NCBI GenBank assembly: GCA_008369845.1
Contig: MRSU01007186.1
Location: forward strand, 62,001 to 97,672
Reading direction: 5' to 3'
From: Trichomonas gallinae
Lineage: Eukaryota
DNA length: 35,672 nt
Shown here: piece after piece, positions 9,710 to 20,300 of the stretch
How the letters are laid out: each line of letters begins with the position of its first letter
Position numbering within the stretch: the stretch's first letter is position 1
Program-made: the position numbers and the translations under genes
Notes under the pieces: generated by a model
Database searches by the model: none
Told to the model about the DNA's origin: nothing
What the model saw: the letters and a program-made list of their open reading frames with translations, nothing else

Positions 9710-12700
9710 ATGGCAGCAGCTGCAACACAGAACACTGCTTCCTTATCAACAGAGTCTACTAACCAAGCGTTTGATATTACACGCGGTAATCGCTTTATAG
9801 ATGAAACATTTCCTTTATTTGCGCATGTTTTTCAGACTGCTAAAATACCAATCATAATTATATATCCATTCTTAATGATGTTCTTTGTGCAGGTTATATT
9901 CGTTTCTTTATTCCCTTGGAGTCAATATTGGGAAAAATACGATTCGTTTCCTATTATCAAATGGCTAAAGACAGTGTTATTCTATGTGCCACACCCAGGA
10001 ACACCGATGGGGTACTTAATAGTGTCAATAGTAATCTTCGTATTCAATGCATTGTCAACTTTCGTTATTCAATTCCAAGTAAGATACTATTCTATCAAAA
10101 GGAAGTTCATTAAATTCTTGCTGTATCCTATCAGATTCTATTTTGATACAATATTGATTGCTACAATGGCTCCAGCGATTGTTGGCACTGGTGAAACGTT
10201 TCTCTTGATTGCGCATGGCAGCACCGATCCAATGGTCATCGTAGCTTTCGTGCTATACTTCATTTCCGTTGGATATGAGTCATATTCGTTTGTTATTGTT
10301 CAAGAATTTGCTGCAAAATCGTGTTGGGTTAATTTTTCACCAATTTTGAACTTTGATCCAACAATTATGAAGATGACACTCGTATTTATGCTTGCAACAA
10401 TGATTCTATTCTTCGTATTACTTTTATTCGAAAAATGGGCATTTTTGTTTGCTGTAGCACTTCAATTTGCTGGTTATGCTTACTCCAATGTATATCTGGT
10501 ACTCAATTTCCCGTTTGTTGATATATTGACGTGCGGTTTAGGATGCGGATGGTTCATCGGAACACATGTCGCTCAAATTATTGCATTTATCACAACTTTT
10601 TACAATTTAAAGTTAGAATTGACCTTAATTCTTCCACTCGCCTTCTTCGTAGTCTCAATTCCATGCTTTTTGATATTCTTCATCTTAAAACGCAACAAAA
10701 TTGTTGCTTTGATGAATGACGAGAAGAGAACCCAGGAAGAAGCAAACGAATATTATGATTCTTTAGGCTTAGATCAAGACGAAATGAAAGCTTTATTATA
10801 TCTTAGATTAGGATTCCAAAATTACGCTGTTAACTTTTACAACTGGACACTTATTAACTATATCATCGAAAAGTACGACTCAGAACTCGCAATTTCGACT
10901 TGTTTACAAATCTTAAACTTTTTCCCTAAAGAAACAAGATTGCAGAACAAATTACAGCGTTTAATCACTAAGAAGCGCAAACTGAAGCTACAGACCCGCT
11001 ATTTGCTTTACCAAGTCGATATGATCAAAACTTTACGTCAATTCTCAGTTTCAACAGCTTCTAAGCTCAAACTCATAGAGCTGAAGAACATGAGCAGGCA
11101 TTGCGAGATGTTAACACGCGGAGCTTTAGAACTTAGTAACCTTAAACCAGATTATTTCGAGAAACTTGCATCGCAGTGCCAAACAACACGCGCTATCTGG
11201 AAGGAGGCACTCCTTGGATCACCAAACAATCCGAAGTTCTGCGAAGAATTCACTCGTTACTTAGCTGAAGCTGAATGCGACTTCCCAGAAAGCCTTAAGA
11301 TGAAACGCAGACAACAAGTCATCGAAATGGGCAGCAACTTCTCTGTTGACCACTCTTTCAGATCCATGGTCGAAGTTTTTCCGAAATATCTCACGGAAAG
11401 CATCTTAGATCTGAACGGTGGCGTCTTGAAGAGAAAATCTGCTGACGCTATTGCAGGCAACGGCTCCCAGAACAACAGCACAAAGAGCAATTCTCAAGGT
11501 TCTAATCTCAGTTCATTAAATGATGAAAATCTCGACGCTGAAGTAGAAGAATACTTAGGAAAGCAGACTTTGACACTTGCTAAAACAAGATTGGCCCTCC
11601 ATAGAACACTTGAGCACAAGCTTCCTATTGGAATCAAGCTCATTATTCCAATTACTGTCTTGATTTGCGTTTATCTCGTTGGCACATTCGCTTTCGGCAG
11701 TGCTATCAGCTCAACTTCATTAAATAAGATGGTCAAATCTATGGGACAGTTGGACACAATCTCTCAGACAAGATTCTACTTGGCTTTAGCAAACATCAAC
11801 ATCATCCTCGCCTATGTTAAAGACAGTCAAAAGCTTGGTAGATATAGCAGTGTTGTTAAAACTTTACAAGATCAATTTCCAGAGGTGAAAGGTTACATTG
11901 ATATTTTTGGTAACCTAATCTATCCTGTAGTCAATTTCACAACAGAATCTTCAACACAATACGAAAAGTTTATCGAACTCATGGTTGATTTGGCTTTGGA
12001 TGGAGTAAACATCTCGAATATTGCATCAGTTCTTGTGGCACCAGAATTGTGGTCAATCGCATGTTCACAAGGCATGCATCCAGTAGCAAAAATGTTCGGC
12101 ATGCCAGTAAACATAGCAGGAGAAGGATTATATTACCGTGCATCACTTTCGACATTGGTTTCAGGAACATTAGTTAACCAAAGAGAATTCACTTCAACAC
12201 AGAATGCTGCATATCTTATGATGAGTCCTGGTGCTTGCGAAGTTTCTACTAATTTCAAGCACATTGTCCTTGGCTCAAATTACATTTTCGGAAACATCTC
12301 TGAGTTCCAGTATTCAGAAGGAAAGAAGAGCAAAGATTTCTTCTTCATTATTTGCATTCTCGTTCCAATTGCCACACTTTGTGTTTCTTTTGTTCCATTC
12401 ATTATCATTCATGTTTTGTCACTCAAAGCTCTTAAGGATATCATTGAGATCATCCACAGCTTCGATGCTAAAACTAGATCTGACGCAAAGGAGATGATCA
12501 TGGTCCAAAATAATGACTTGGATCAAAGAATCAGTGAAATGCAAGGATCAAGCAGAATATCGATTGTTTTAATCAGCATGATAGGCTTCATTTCAATACT
12601 TTTCTGCATATTCGCTTTCACTGGCTGTCAATTAGTTGTCCAGGCAAATCAGAGGATTATAAATCTCAACAGCTGGAATAAATTTGCTTCACTTAGATTG

Positions 12701-14455
12701 TCTCTGTCAGCTGAGGCATTAAACATCGCAATTACAGCTGTTGCAAAACAAGATATTACAACAGCATATCCATTCATTAGAAGAGAATTAATCCCACCAC
12801 TCCTTTACGAACTCGTTAATGAATTAGTTGAAGCAGATAATGATCTTATTCAAGGCACAAACTCATCTGTTCCATGCGAAGGATATGATTCTGAGTTAGA
12901 CCACTTGAATTTCATCAATGATTATCTTCCATCAAACACAACAGATCCACAGGACTACTACCAAAAAGTCTCAATTCATCAACAAATTCAGATCTACAAG
13001 AACTACCTTGCTGTCATCGGGCAAAACTTCGCTGCAAATGTTTCACTCGACGCTAATGTTGTTGCCAACACATTCAACCTCGCTAACAACTATTTGTTCG
13101 GAAGATTATTCGCAGTCACGCAGAGAATGATCACACTCGCTGAGAATGAATACTCAAACATCATGAACATGTTCTTACTCATGGGTGTTTTGTGCTTCGT
13201 GTCTGATATCATTTTCATCATCGTTGTTTCTATTTATTTGGCCAACAGAATTTCAACATACAACGCAGCTCTTTTCGTCATCAAGAGATTCTCTCCTTAC
13301 GCTTTGCTGAACAACAAGATGTTCAGCAAGATCTTCCTCAAGGGCGGAGAAGAGCAGCGCGACGACAAAATGTCAACAGAAGGTATGATCATCAGAAACG
13401 CAAGAGACTCAATCTTCTGCACAAACGTTCACGGCGTTGTCGAAATTGTCAACAACTCTGTCTCCACATTGCTCGGATTTACTCCTGAGCAGCTTCTAGG
13501 TCAGAACGTTTCATCATTCTTCAGCTCAAGTGACATGGAAAAGATCGCATCAAAGATGGAGCAGATGAAGAGCGGCCAATCATCGGCCTTCTATGAAGAC
13601 GATTATGTTGTTATTTCAGATGCCTCCAAGGACATCCCAGTCCACGTTATCATCATCGGTATGAAGAAGGACAAAGATGATGACGTTGCATCATTCGTTG
13701 TCATCCTCAGAGATCAGACATCTCTCGTCCAGCAGAAGAAGGCCGCCGAAGAGGCGAAGGCTAAGTCAGAAAAATTACTCTATCAGATCCTTCCAAGAGA
13801 TATCGTTGTCCAGCTTAACCGTGGCGAGAAAGACATTTCATTTGTCGTTCCATCAGCAACAATTATTTTCATTGATGTCAACAGGTTCTCAGAATATGCG
13901 GCCAACCTTTCACCAAACGATATCATGGCCAACCTTTCCTACTACTTCGCCTGCATCGATAAACTTGCAGCAACACACAACATGATCACTAAGATCAAGC
14001 TCATCGGTGATATCTACATGGCAGCTGCAGGCCTCTTCAACACAGATGCTCCACCGGAGTCTCACGCAGAGCAAGTAGTTCAATTTGCTCTCGAGTGCGT
14101 CGCCAATCTCGATGAAGTCAACATCAAACTCGATGCTTCACTGCAGATCAGAATCGGTATCAACAGCGGTGGTCCAGTTATTGCTGGTGTTTTGGGTACA
14201 GATAAACCTGCTTTCGATATCATCGGCGATCCAATCAATGTCGCTGCTAGATTGCAGAGCACAGATGAAGTCAATCACGTTCACATCAGCCAGACAACAT
14301 ATGATCTCATCAAGGGGCTCAATTACGATGTCAAACAGCGTGGAGAGACATATCTTAAAGGCAAAGGCAAGCAGATGACCTACTATGTTACAGTGCCACC
14401 AACAGTTTTCAACGCTACCGGCTCAAATGTCTTCCATGCACAAATTGTTGTATAA
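9710..14455 (+). CDS. Multi-pass transmembrane class III adenylyl cyclase with PAS domain
   Basis: Many N-terminal TM helices and a PAS domain (ARDSIFCTNVHGVVEIVNNSVSTLLGFTPEQLLGQNV). A signalling helix (SEKLLYQILPRDIV) precedes the catalytic domain (IIFIDV, KLIGDIYMAAAG, IRIGINSGG, FDIIGDPINVAARLQ, LKGKG). Confidence 0.95.
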   Translation: MAAAATQNTASLSTESTNQAFDITRGNRFIDETFPLFAHVFQTAKIPIIIIYPFLMMFFVQVIFVSLFPWSQYWEKYDSFPIIKWLKTVLFYVPHPGTPMGYLIVSIVIFVFNALSTFVIQFQVRYYSIKRKFIKFLLYPIRFYFDTILIATMAPAIVGTGETFLLIAHGSTDPMVIVAFVLYFISVGYESYSFVIVQEFAAKSCWVNFSPILNFDPTIMKMTLVFMLATMILFFVLLLFEKWAFLFAVALQFAGYAYSNVYLVLNFPFVDILTCGLGCGWFIGTHVAQIIAFITTFYNLKLELTLILPLAFFVVSIPCFLIFFILKRNKIVALMNDEKRTQEEANEYYDSLGLDQDEMKALLYLRLGFQNYAVNFYNWTLINYIIEKYDSELAISTCLQILNFFPKETRLQNKLQRLITKKRKLKLQTRYLLYQVDMIKTLRQFSVSTASKLKLIELKNMSRHCEMLTRGALELSNLKPDYFEKLASQCQTTRAIWKEALLGSPNNPKFCEEFTRYLAEAECDFPESLKMKRRQQVIEMGSNFSVDHSFRSMVEVFPKYLTESILDLNGGVLKRKSADAIAGNGSQNNSTKSNSQGSNLSSLNDENLDAEVEEYLGKQTLTLAKTRLALHRTLEHKLPIGIKLIIPITVLICVYLVGTFAFGSAISSTSLNKMVKSMGQLDTISQTRFYLALANINIILAYVKDSQKLGRYSSVVKTLQDQFPEVKGYIDIFGNLIYPVVNFTTESSTQYEKFIELMVDLALDGVNISNIASVLVAPELWSIACSQGMHPVAKMFGMPVNIAGEGLYYRASLSTLVSGTLVNQREFTSTQNAAYLMMSPGACEVSTNFKHIVLGSNYIFGNISEFQYSEGKKSKDFFFIICILVPIATLCVSFVPFIIIHVLSLKALKDIIEIIHSFDAKTRSDAKEMIMVQNNDLDQRISEMQGSSRISIVLISMIGFISILFCIFAFTGCQLVVQANQRIINLNSWNKFASLRLSLSAEALNIAITAVAKQDITTAYPFIRRELIPPLLYELVNELVEADNDLIQGTNSSVPCEGYDSELDHLNFINDYLPSNTTDPQDYYQKVSIHQQIQIYKNYLAVIGQNFAANVSLDANVVANTFNLANNYLFGRLFAVTQRMITLAENEYSNIMNMFLLMGVLCFVSDIIFIIVVSIYLANRISTYNAALFVIKRFSPYALLNNKMFSKIFLKGGEEQRDDKMSTEGMIIRNARDSIFCTNVHGVVEIVNNSVSTLLGFTPEQLLGQNVSSFFSSSDMEKIASKMEQMKSGQSSAFYEDDYVVISDASKDIPVHVIIIGMKKDKDDDVASFVVILRDQTSLVQQKKAAEEAKAKSEKLLYQILPRDIVVQLNRGEKDISFVVPSATIIFIDVNRFSEYAANLSPNDIMANLSYYFACIDKLAATHNMITKIKLIGDIYMAAAGLFNTDAPPESHAEQVVQFALECVANLDEVNIKLDASLQIRIGINSGGPVIAGVLGTDKPAFDIIGDPINVAARLQSTDEVNHVHISQTTYDLIKGLNYDVKQRGETYLKGKGKQMTYYVTVPPTVFNATGSNVFHAQIVV

Positions 14456-14798
14456 GGTGAAATATTGTCAATATTGCGAATTTTACATGTCAGAATATTA
14501 AATATGTTATTTTTTTACAGTTTTTTTCTTTATTGAATGAATTGTAATGAATAAAAATGATTTTTATCTGGATATCCTAATTAATCAGGCCATGTAATGA
14601 TGGTAACTCAATTGATTTTCAACTTTGAAATTTCGATTAATTTTAATAGCGCATTTAATGCGTATTATAAATACAATAGCAAAATTAGTTTTCAATGAAC
14701 ATGAAATGACTTTGATAGAACGATTCAAAATATTGAGTATCTGATAGAAAATGTAAAGTTATGAAAACTGTTCAGCATTTTCAATTTTTCCGGTTATC

Positions 14799-15051
14799 AT
14801 TCAAATTTTTGAATTCGATTTTTTCCGACCAAAATAAATCATTTATTCTCACATAGATCTGTGATTTTTATAATACGATGACATAAAAATGCAATGACGA
14901 TAATTTTGAATTGAAATTTTTCTATTTGAAGAATCCCAAATAATTATATTCATATAATACTCCTTGATTTTAATATTTTTAATAAAATGTTGCATACGAT
15001 TAGTTTTGATTCAATTTTTTTGAATTAGATTTTTTCCGATCTGAATAAATA
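14799..15051. repeat. Pair of degenerate ~42-bp direct repeats about 210 bp apart
   Basis: 14799 attcaaatttttgaattcgattttttccgaccaaaataaat versus 15009 attcaatttttttgaattagattttttccgatctgaataaat. Confidence 0.6.
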
Positions 15052-15437
15052 CAGTATCTTAATAGTTATAATTAATTTTAAAAACTCAAGAAAAGAATGT
15101 AAATTGTAATAAACGATTATTTTTAATTCAAACTGCAAATCAAAATTAATTGTGAATAATCGGAAAGCCGTGTATTAATATTTTATAAAAACTCAAAAAA
15201 ATTGAAATTCGATCATTTTTGTTATTGTTTCAAAAGGAAAAGATCAAAAGTCAAACACTTGTTGATGCAAACATTGATATTTTTCATCCAAAATAACCAA
15301 ACAAGTCAATCAACTTTCTAATTTAGATTTTTTTTTTCATTTTCAGCCAAATTTTAAAGAATGATTACTCATGGGTGATCTATTGACTCTTCAGCTAACG
15401 AAAAATTGAGTTAATCTTCTCAAATTATTTTTTCAAT

Positions 15438-16370
15438 ATGAACCAGGAAGAACTTGAGTTCTTTCAACAGCAGGGGATTCAGTGCATTAACACCATTGCA
15501 AAAGGTGGATTTGGGGTTGTTTTCTATGTCTATTCAGTCCATTACAAAGCAAATTTCGCTTTGAAGAAAATTCCACTTGAAAATTTTAATGAAAGTGAAA
15601 TTGAATGTGTCAAGCAGATTGATGTCCCAGATATAGTTAACTTATATCAGTATTACAAGTTCGGAAACTCAGTCTACATGTTAATGGAATATTGCCCTTC
15701 AGATCTTTATAAATATCTAAAGTCTAAGGGTGAATTATCATGGGAGCAACTAAGAAATCTTTCATATGATATGATCAATGCAATAAAACAATGCCATTCC
15801 CGAGGAATTGCTCATTGCGATATAAAGCCTTCGAATTTTATGCTCGACAAGTATGAAAGACTCAAGATTGGCGACTTTGGACTGGCAACATTCACTCACT
15901 TGATCAAAAATTCCAATCGTGGGACAACATTGTTTATGGCACCGGAGTGTTTTCTTAAAGATTCCTATGATCCATTCAAGGCCGACATCTGGGCACTTGG
16001 AGTAACCGTTTTCTATCTTGCAACAAACCACTATCCGTTCAATGGAGAGACGAAATCGATTCTCGTCCAAAAAATCATATCAATTTGCTATTCTGACGAT
16101 TCCATTGAGGATTTCAATGTCAGATATATCATTTCGCGCTGCTTCGAAAGGAATCCACTTAATAGGCCAACATGCGAAGATTTATTGAGAATGTCATATT
16201 TTAGAAACATGAATGCCAACGAGGGCTCGTGTCTACCACTCTTAAGGAAGGACAGGGTATCAAAGTCTTGTGAAAAACTTGTGAATACAATTGGAAGTTA
16301 TAACAGATGTCTGAAATTACAGCATTTCAGGCATAATTCACGATTGAGTTTGCTGACTATTGATGAGTAG
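15438..16370 (+). CDS. Ser/Thr protein kinase (CAMK-like, HCD catalytic loop)
   Basis: Motifs KGGFGVV, ALKKI, MEYC, HCDIKPSN, DFG, GTTLFMAPE, DIWALGV and RPT. Confidence 0.95.
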   Translation: MNQEELEFFQQQGIQCINTIAKGGFGVVFYVYSVHYKANFALKKIPLENFNESEIECVKQIDVPDIVNLYQYYKFGNSVYMLMEYCPSDLYKYLKSKGELSWEQLRNLSYDMINAIKQCHSRGIAHCDIKPSNFMLDKYERLKIGDFGLATFTHLIKNSNRGTTLFMAPECFLKDSYDPFKADIWALGVTVFYLATNHYPFNGETKSILVQKIISICYSDDSIEDFNVRYIISRCFERNPLNRPTCEDLLRMSYFRNMNANEGSCLPLLRKDRVSKSCEKLVNTIGSYNRCLKLQHFRHNSRLSLLTIDE

Positions 16371-17213
16371 TATCTATTTTATATTGCTTCAATCTTGTTT
16401 ATAAAGTTTTTATTGTTTGCGAATTGATATTTTTTTTTAATATTGAGCTTTGACTCGATTACACATTATATTATTTCTTATTTCGAACATCTTAACATAT
16501 TCTTCATATTGTCGATTGATGAAAGTGATAATATTTATTACAGATTTAAAATTAACATTATTGAACTAATATTCAACATAGAATAACATTTTATTCAAGT
16601 ATTATTATGAAATTTCTAGGTAGATTTTGGTTAAAACGATTTTTCATATGAAAATTTAAATGAAAATATAAATATTAACATTTTTGAACTTATATTTAAC
16701 GGTGAATAGCTTCCTGCTCTTGTTTTGTTATTAAATTTATAAATTAATATTTGTTAAAACGATGTTGAGTATGAAAAATAAAATTATTAAATTATTAAAC
16801 CGAAATGTCGCAGAATATAGCTTATATGGAGTATGTAACATATGATTTTATAGGTGATTTTTAATATAAACGATTATTTGAACCTTTAAATAATGAAATA
16901 ACAGTAATGAAATGCGATTTCTTGCGGGTAACATAGCATACAACGAGTATATGTGTTTAGCATGACCAAAAAGCCTCATGTAAGAATTTTTTTCCCGTGT
17001 AATCAAAAATAAATGAAAAAACTGCCAACTGACTTCCATCATTCTCACATTACATAGAGACAGAACAGTGCATTACAGAAAACAATGCCACAAACGATCA
17101 ATTATTGATCAAAAAATTTAAATCGCTAAAAAAGTTCTATCGTAAATACGATTATTTTCCCCTCAAAAATAAAAATTTTTAAAACTTATATTATCATATA
17201 TTAAATTAGCAAC

Positions 17214-17371
17214 ATTTTTATCATATTTTTGAAAAACGCTTCCACACCCATAATTTTATCGTTAATGCGATTATTTTAAATTCAAATTTATAAATTTTTT
17301 CAAAAATATACTATAGCAAATCATCTTAATAGTATTTTTATTATATTTTTAAAATCGCTTCCACGCCCGTA
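17214..17371. repeat. Duplicated ~39-bp promoter segment upstream of the HEAT-repeat gene
   Basis: 17214 atttttatcatatttttgaaaaacgcttccacacccata versus 17334 atttttattatatttttaaaatcgcttccacgcccgta. Confidence 0.75.
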
Positions 17372-17386
17372 GTAAATTTAAAAATA

Positions 17387-20300
17387 ATGGAAGGAGTTAT
17401 CGGGAATCTCAATGAAATTATTCAATCCAAGAGACTCCTCGAACCCAGCAAGACCATTGACCAGGTATTGATCAAATTCCATGAAAATCTGCCCGAAACA
17501 TTGAAGGATAACGATGTTGAGATATATGATAAGTATTTAATAAGCTTACTGGCTGCAAACGGCGGCGAAATATCATCACGATGCGCTATAAACATCGGAA
17601 GTCATCTAGCCGAGATCTACGAACGAGGAAAAAATCATAAGTTTTGGAATTTAATCCAAAAACTCGATAAAAAACCGACGCAATCTGTTGTATATGCATT
17701 GGGAAGGGTTATTGAACGCGTTGGCATACATAATAAATCATCTCTTCCAACAATCGCCGATAAATTACTTTCAACAAGACAAGACGTGCATGTGGCAGCG
17801 TGTTACGCCTTGAGGTGCATCATTGATGTCTGCCCAGATGCGGTTACGAAAGTAGCTGAGAAAATTTTCAAATTTGCAAGTGCCTACGTTTACTCCACCG
17901 ATGAAACGTCACAGTTGTTGGCAAACAAGCTTATACGAGCCATTGTGACGTATGATGGAGTGAATATTCGCAAAGTTAAAAAGATTTTACAGAGCGCGAT
18001 TGCGTTAGGTCGTTCTTTCTTCGTTGTGCAGGTCGCATCATCATCTGTTGGTGCTGCTGCACAAAGAATACTTGCGCCTATCGAAAAAACATCCGATAAG
18101 AAGCTGCAACAAAAAATATGGAAAGATACATTTGATTTTCTTACTGAATTCAAAGACAATTTCGATAGCATCTTCAAATACTTCTTAGATCTGCTTGAGC
18201 CAGCTTTCGTTTACCAATATTCACAACAATTATTCCAATTCGCTTTGTCTGTCAATCCACAGTCGATGGCAAAGGTCAGCGAATTCTTTGGAAAAGACGT
18301 AAGATCGGAATTATTCAGAACATTGGTTCAACACGCTGAGCCGAATATTGCATACTTAAAAGCAGCGTCTTTCGACGAAGATTCTACAAGAGAAACAGCC
18401 GGTATTGCTGTTTCTATGCTTCTATCAACAGATGTTGAAGAAAGAAACTCAGCTTGTTCATTTTTCGTTCTTTTGGCTAAAAAGTACCCAGAAGTTGCTC
18501 TAGAGAACCTCCAAGCTGGTGCACAGTTCCTTTCCGCACCTCCCTCGAAGGGTGACAACCTTGCGATCCAATATAACAACATGGCTGAGCTTTGCGCAAT
18601 TATTTTGTCTGTTATCGAAGACAGATACAATGCGGCCAAGAAAGTCGAAGTTTTGATCAAGAGATTCGTTGCTTTTCAATCACAACGCACTAAAAACTCT
18701 AAAATCGCGGCTCCTTTATTGATTATTTGCGGATGCATGCCAGAATTCGAATTTTCTTCAGCTGGTGGAGCCTTTATTGACCATTTCCACAATGTACTCA
18801 AGAACGACCTCCATAACGAGATGAAACAAGATATTGTTGCATCAAGATTATGCGAAGCGGCTCTTTTCTACCTTATCACACACGAACATCATCATGCCAA
18901 GGAGATAACAACAATGTGTCTTCCACATTTGTGGAGGATGACTCCAGCAGGCAGAATTTTCTTATTCAAGCTTTGTTCCAAGTACAAAGTCAAATCTGCA
19001 TTTAACCACTTCTATAAGGTCGTCACTCCAGATGCTGTGAACAGAGAATTCGCCTTACACTTGATGTCTCCAATGTATTCACCGAAAGATTACTTTATGC
19101 CAAGGAAAGGCGTCGCTCCAAACATCGGCTCTCTTTTGTTTGTCCCCGATGAAGTTGTTTTTGGCCAAGCAATCATCGTAACAATGCCAGAAGCTTTCGC
19201 AAATCTTCCAGAAGAAGACCGAAAGATCAAACTCGAGCAGTTAATAGATGAAAAGATCAAACTGCCAATGTACGCGATACTTCTGCAGCTCTACAAGTCA
19301 TGCCCTGAATTAATGCCGGAAGATTTCATCGTCCACATGCTTAAGGAGCTCTTTATGAAGAACATAACAGTAGAAGAAAGCCAGCTCTTGGCAGAATCAA
19401 TCGCTTTACATGTCAAACAATACTTGGACTCTTTCAAAGAAGTCCAGCAATATCTGGACAGACGCAACCACTTTTCCATCTGCTTCTTGGTCGCCTCAAT
19501 CTCGAAACACGTAGTTTTAAGCGACTCTGTCATCACCATCTTTTTATTTACCATGCAGGTGGCCATGAAGGACACGAATCTGTATCCATTCGCGCTGCAC
19601 GCTCTCTGCGAAATGTACGAAACCTTGTCGCAGCAATTAGTTTCGATGATGGTCGGCGACGCTCAGTGCCAGATCATCTTGAAATGCATGTACACGATGC
19701 CAACACGAGACCCTCTTTCTCTTATGCTCATAGAAAGATGCGTCGAAAGACTAGTTCCAATTCTGCTGCCGTTTTTGAGCGATGAGTCAACTTTTGAGTT
19801 GCTCTTCTTAGTCATACAATGCTTCAAGAACACACCAGTACCTTACGCATCAGAATTCTTCCACTTAGTCTTAAGAGCATCACTTGCCTTCTCGCCAAGA
19901 CTGTTATCTAAGTTCAGCTTGTCTTTCCCGCCGCTTAATTCGAGCGCGGAGCTCAAACTATCTGTCTGCGGCGCCATGGCTGACGCATCGCAAATCGTTC
20001 CACTGTCAGAAGACAACTTCGACTTGATTCCTTCGATATTGATCTTATTGCAGAGAACTAAAGACCAAAGAGCCTCTCAGTTTATTGTCGCGCTCGCAAA
20101 GTCTACAGCTGACAGAAGAATGAGCGACTGGTTGGCTTTGTCAAAGACTTTATTGTCGTCAAACAAGATGCCTGGATTCGGCTCAAATACTGTACAACCG
20201 AATACGAGAGTCAAAGCTTGCGCGTTGGATTTCACGAGAGCTCTGTTGCCTTTCTTGTCCAAGCAGGCTAATTTAGTCACAGAGTGCTTGGATGATATGA

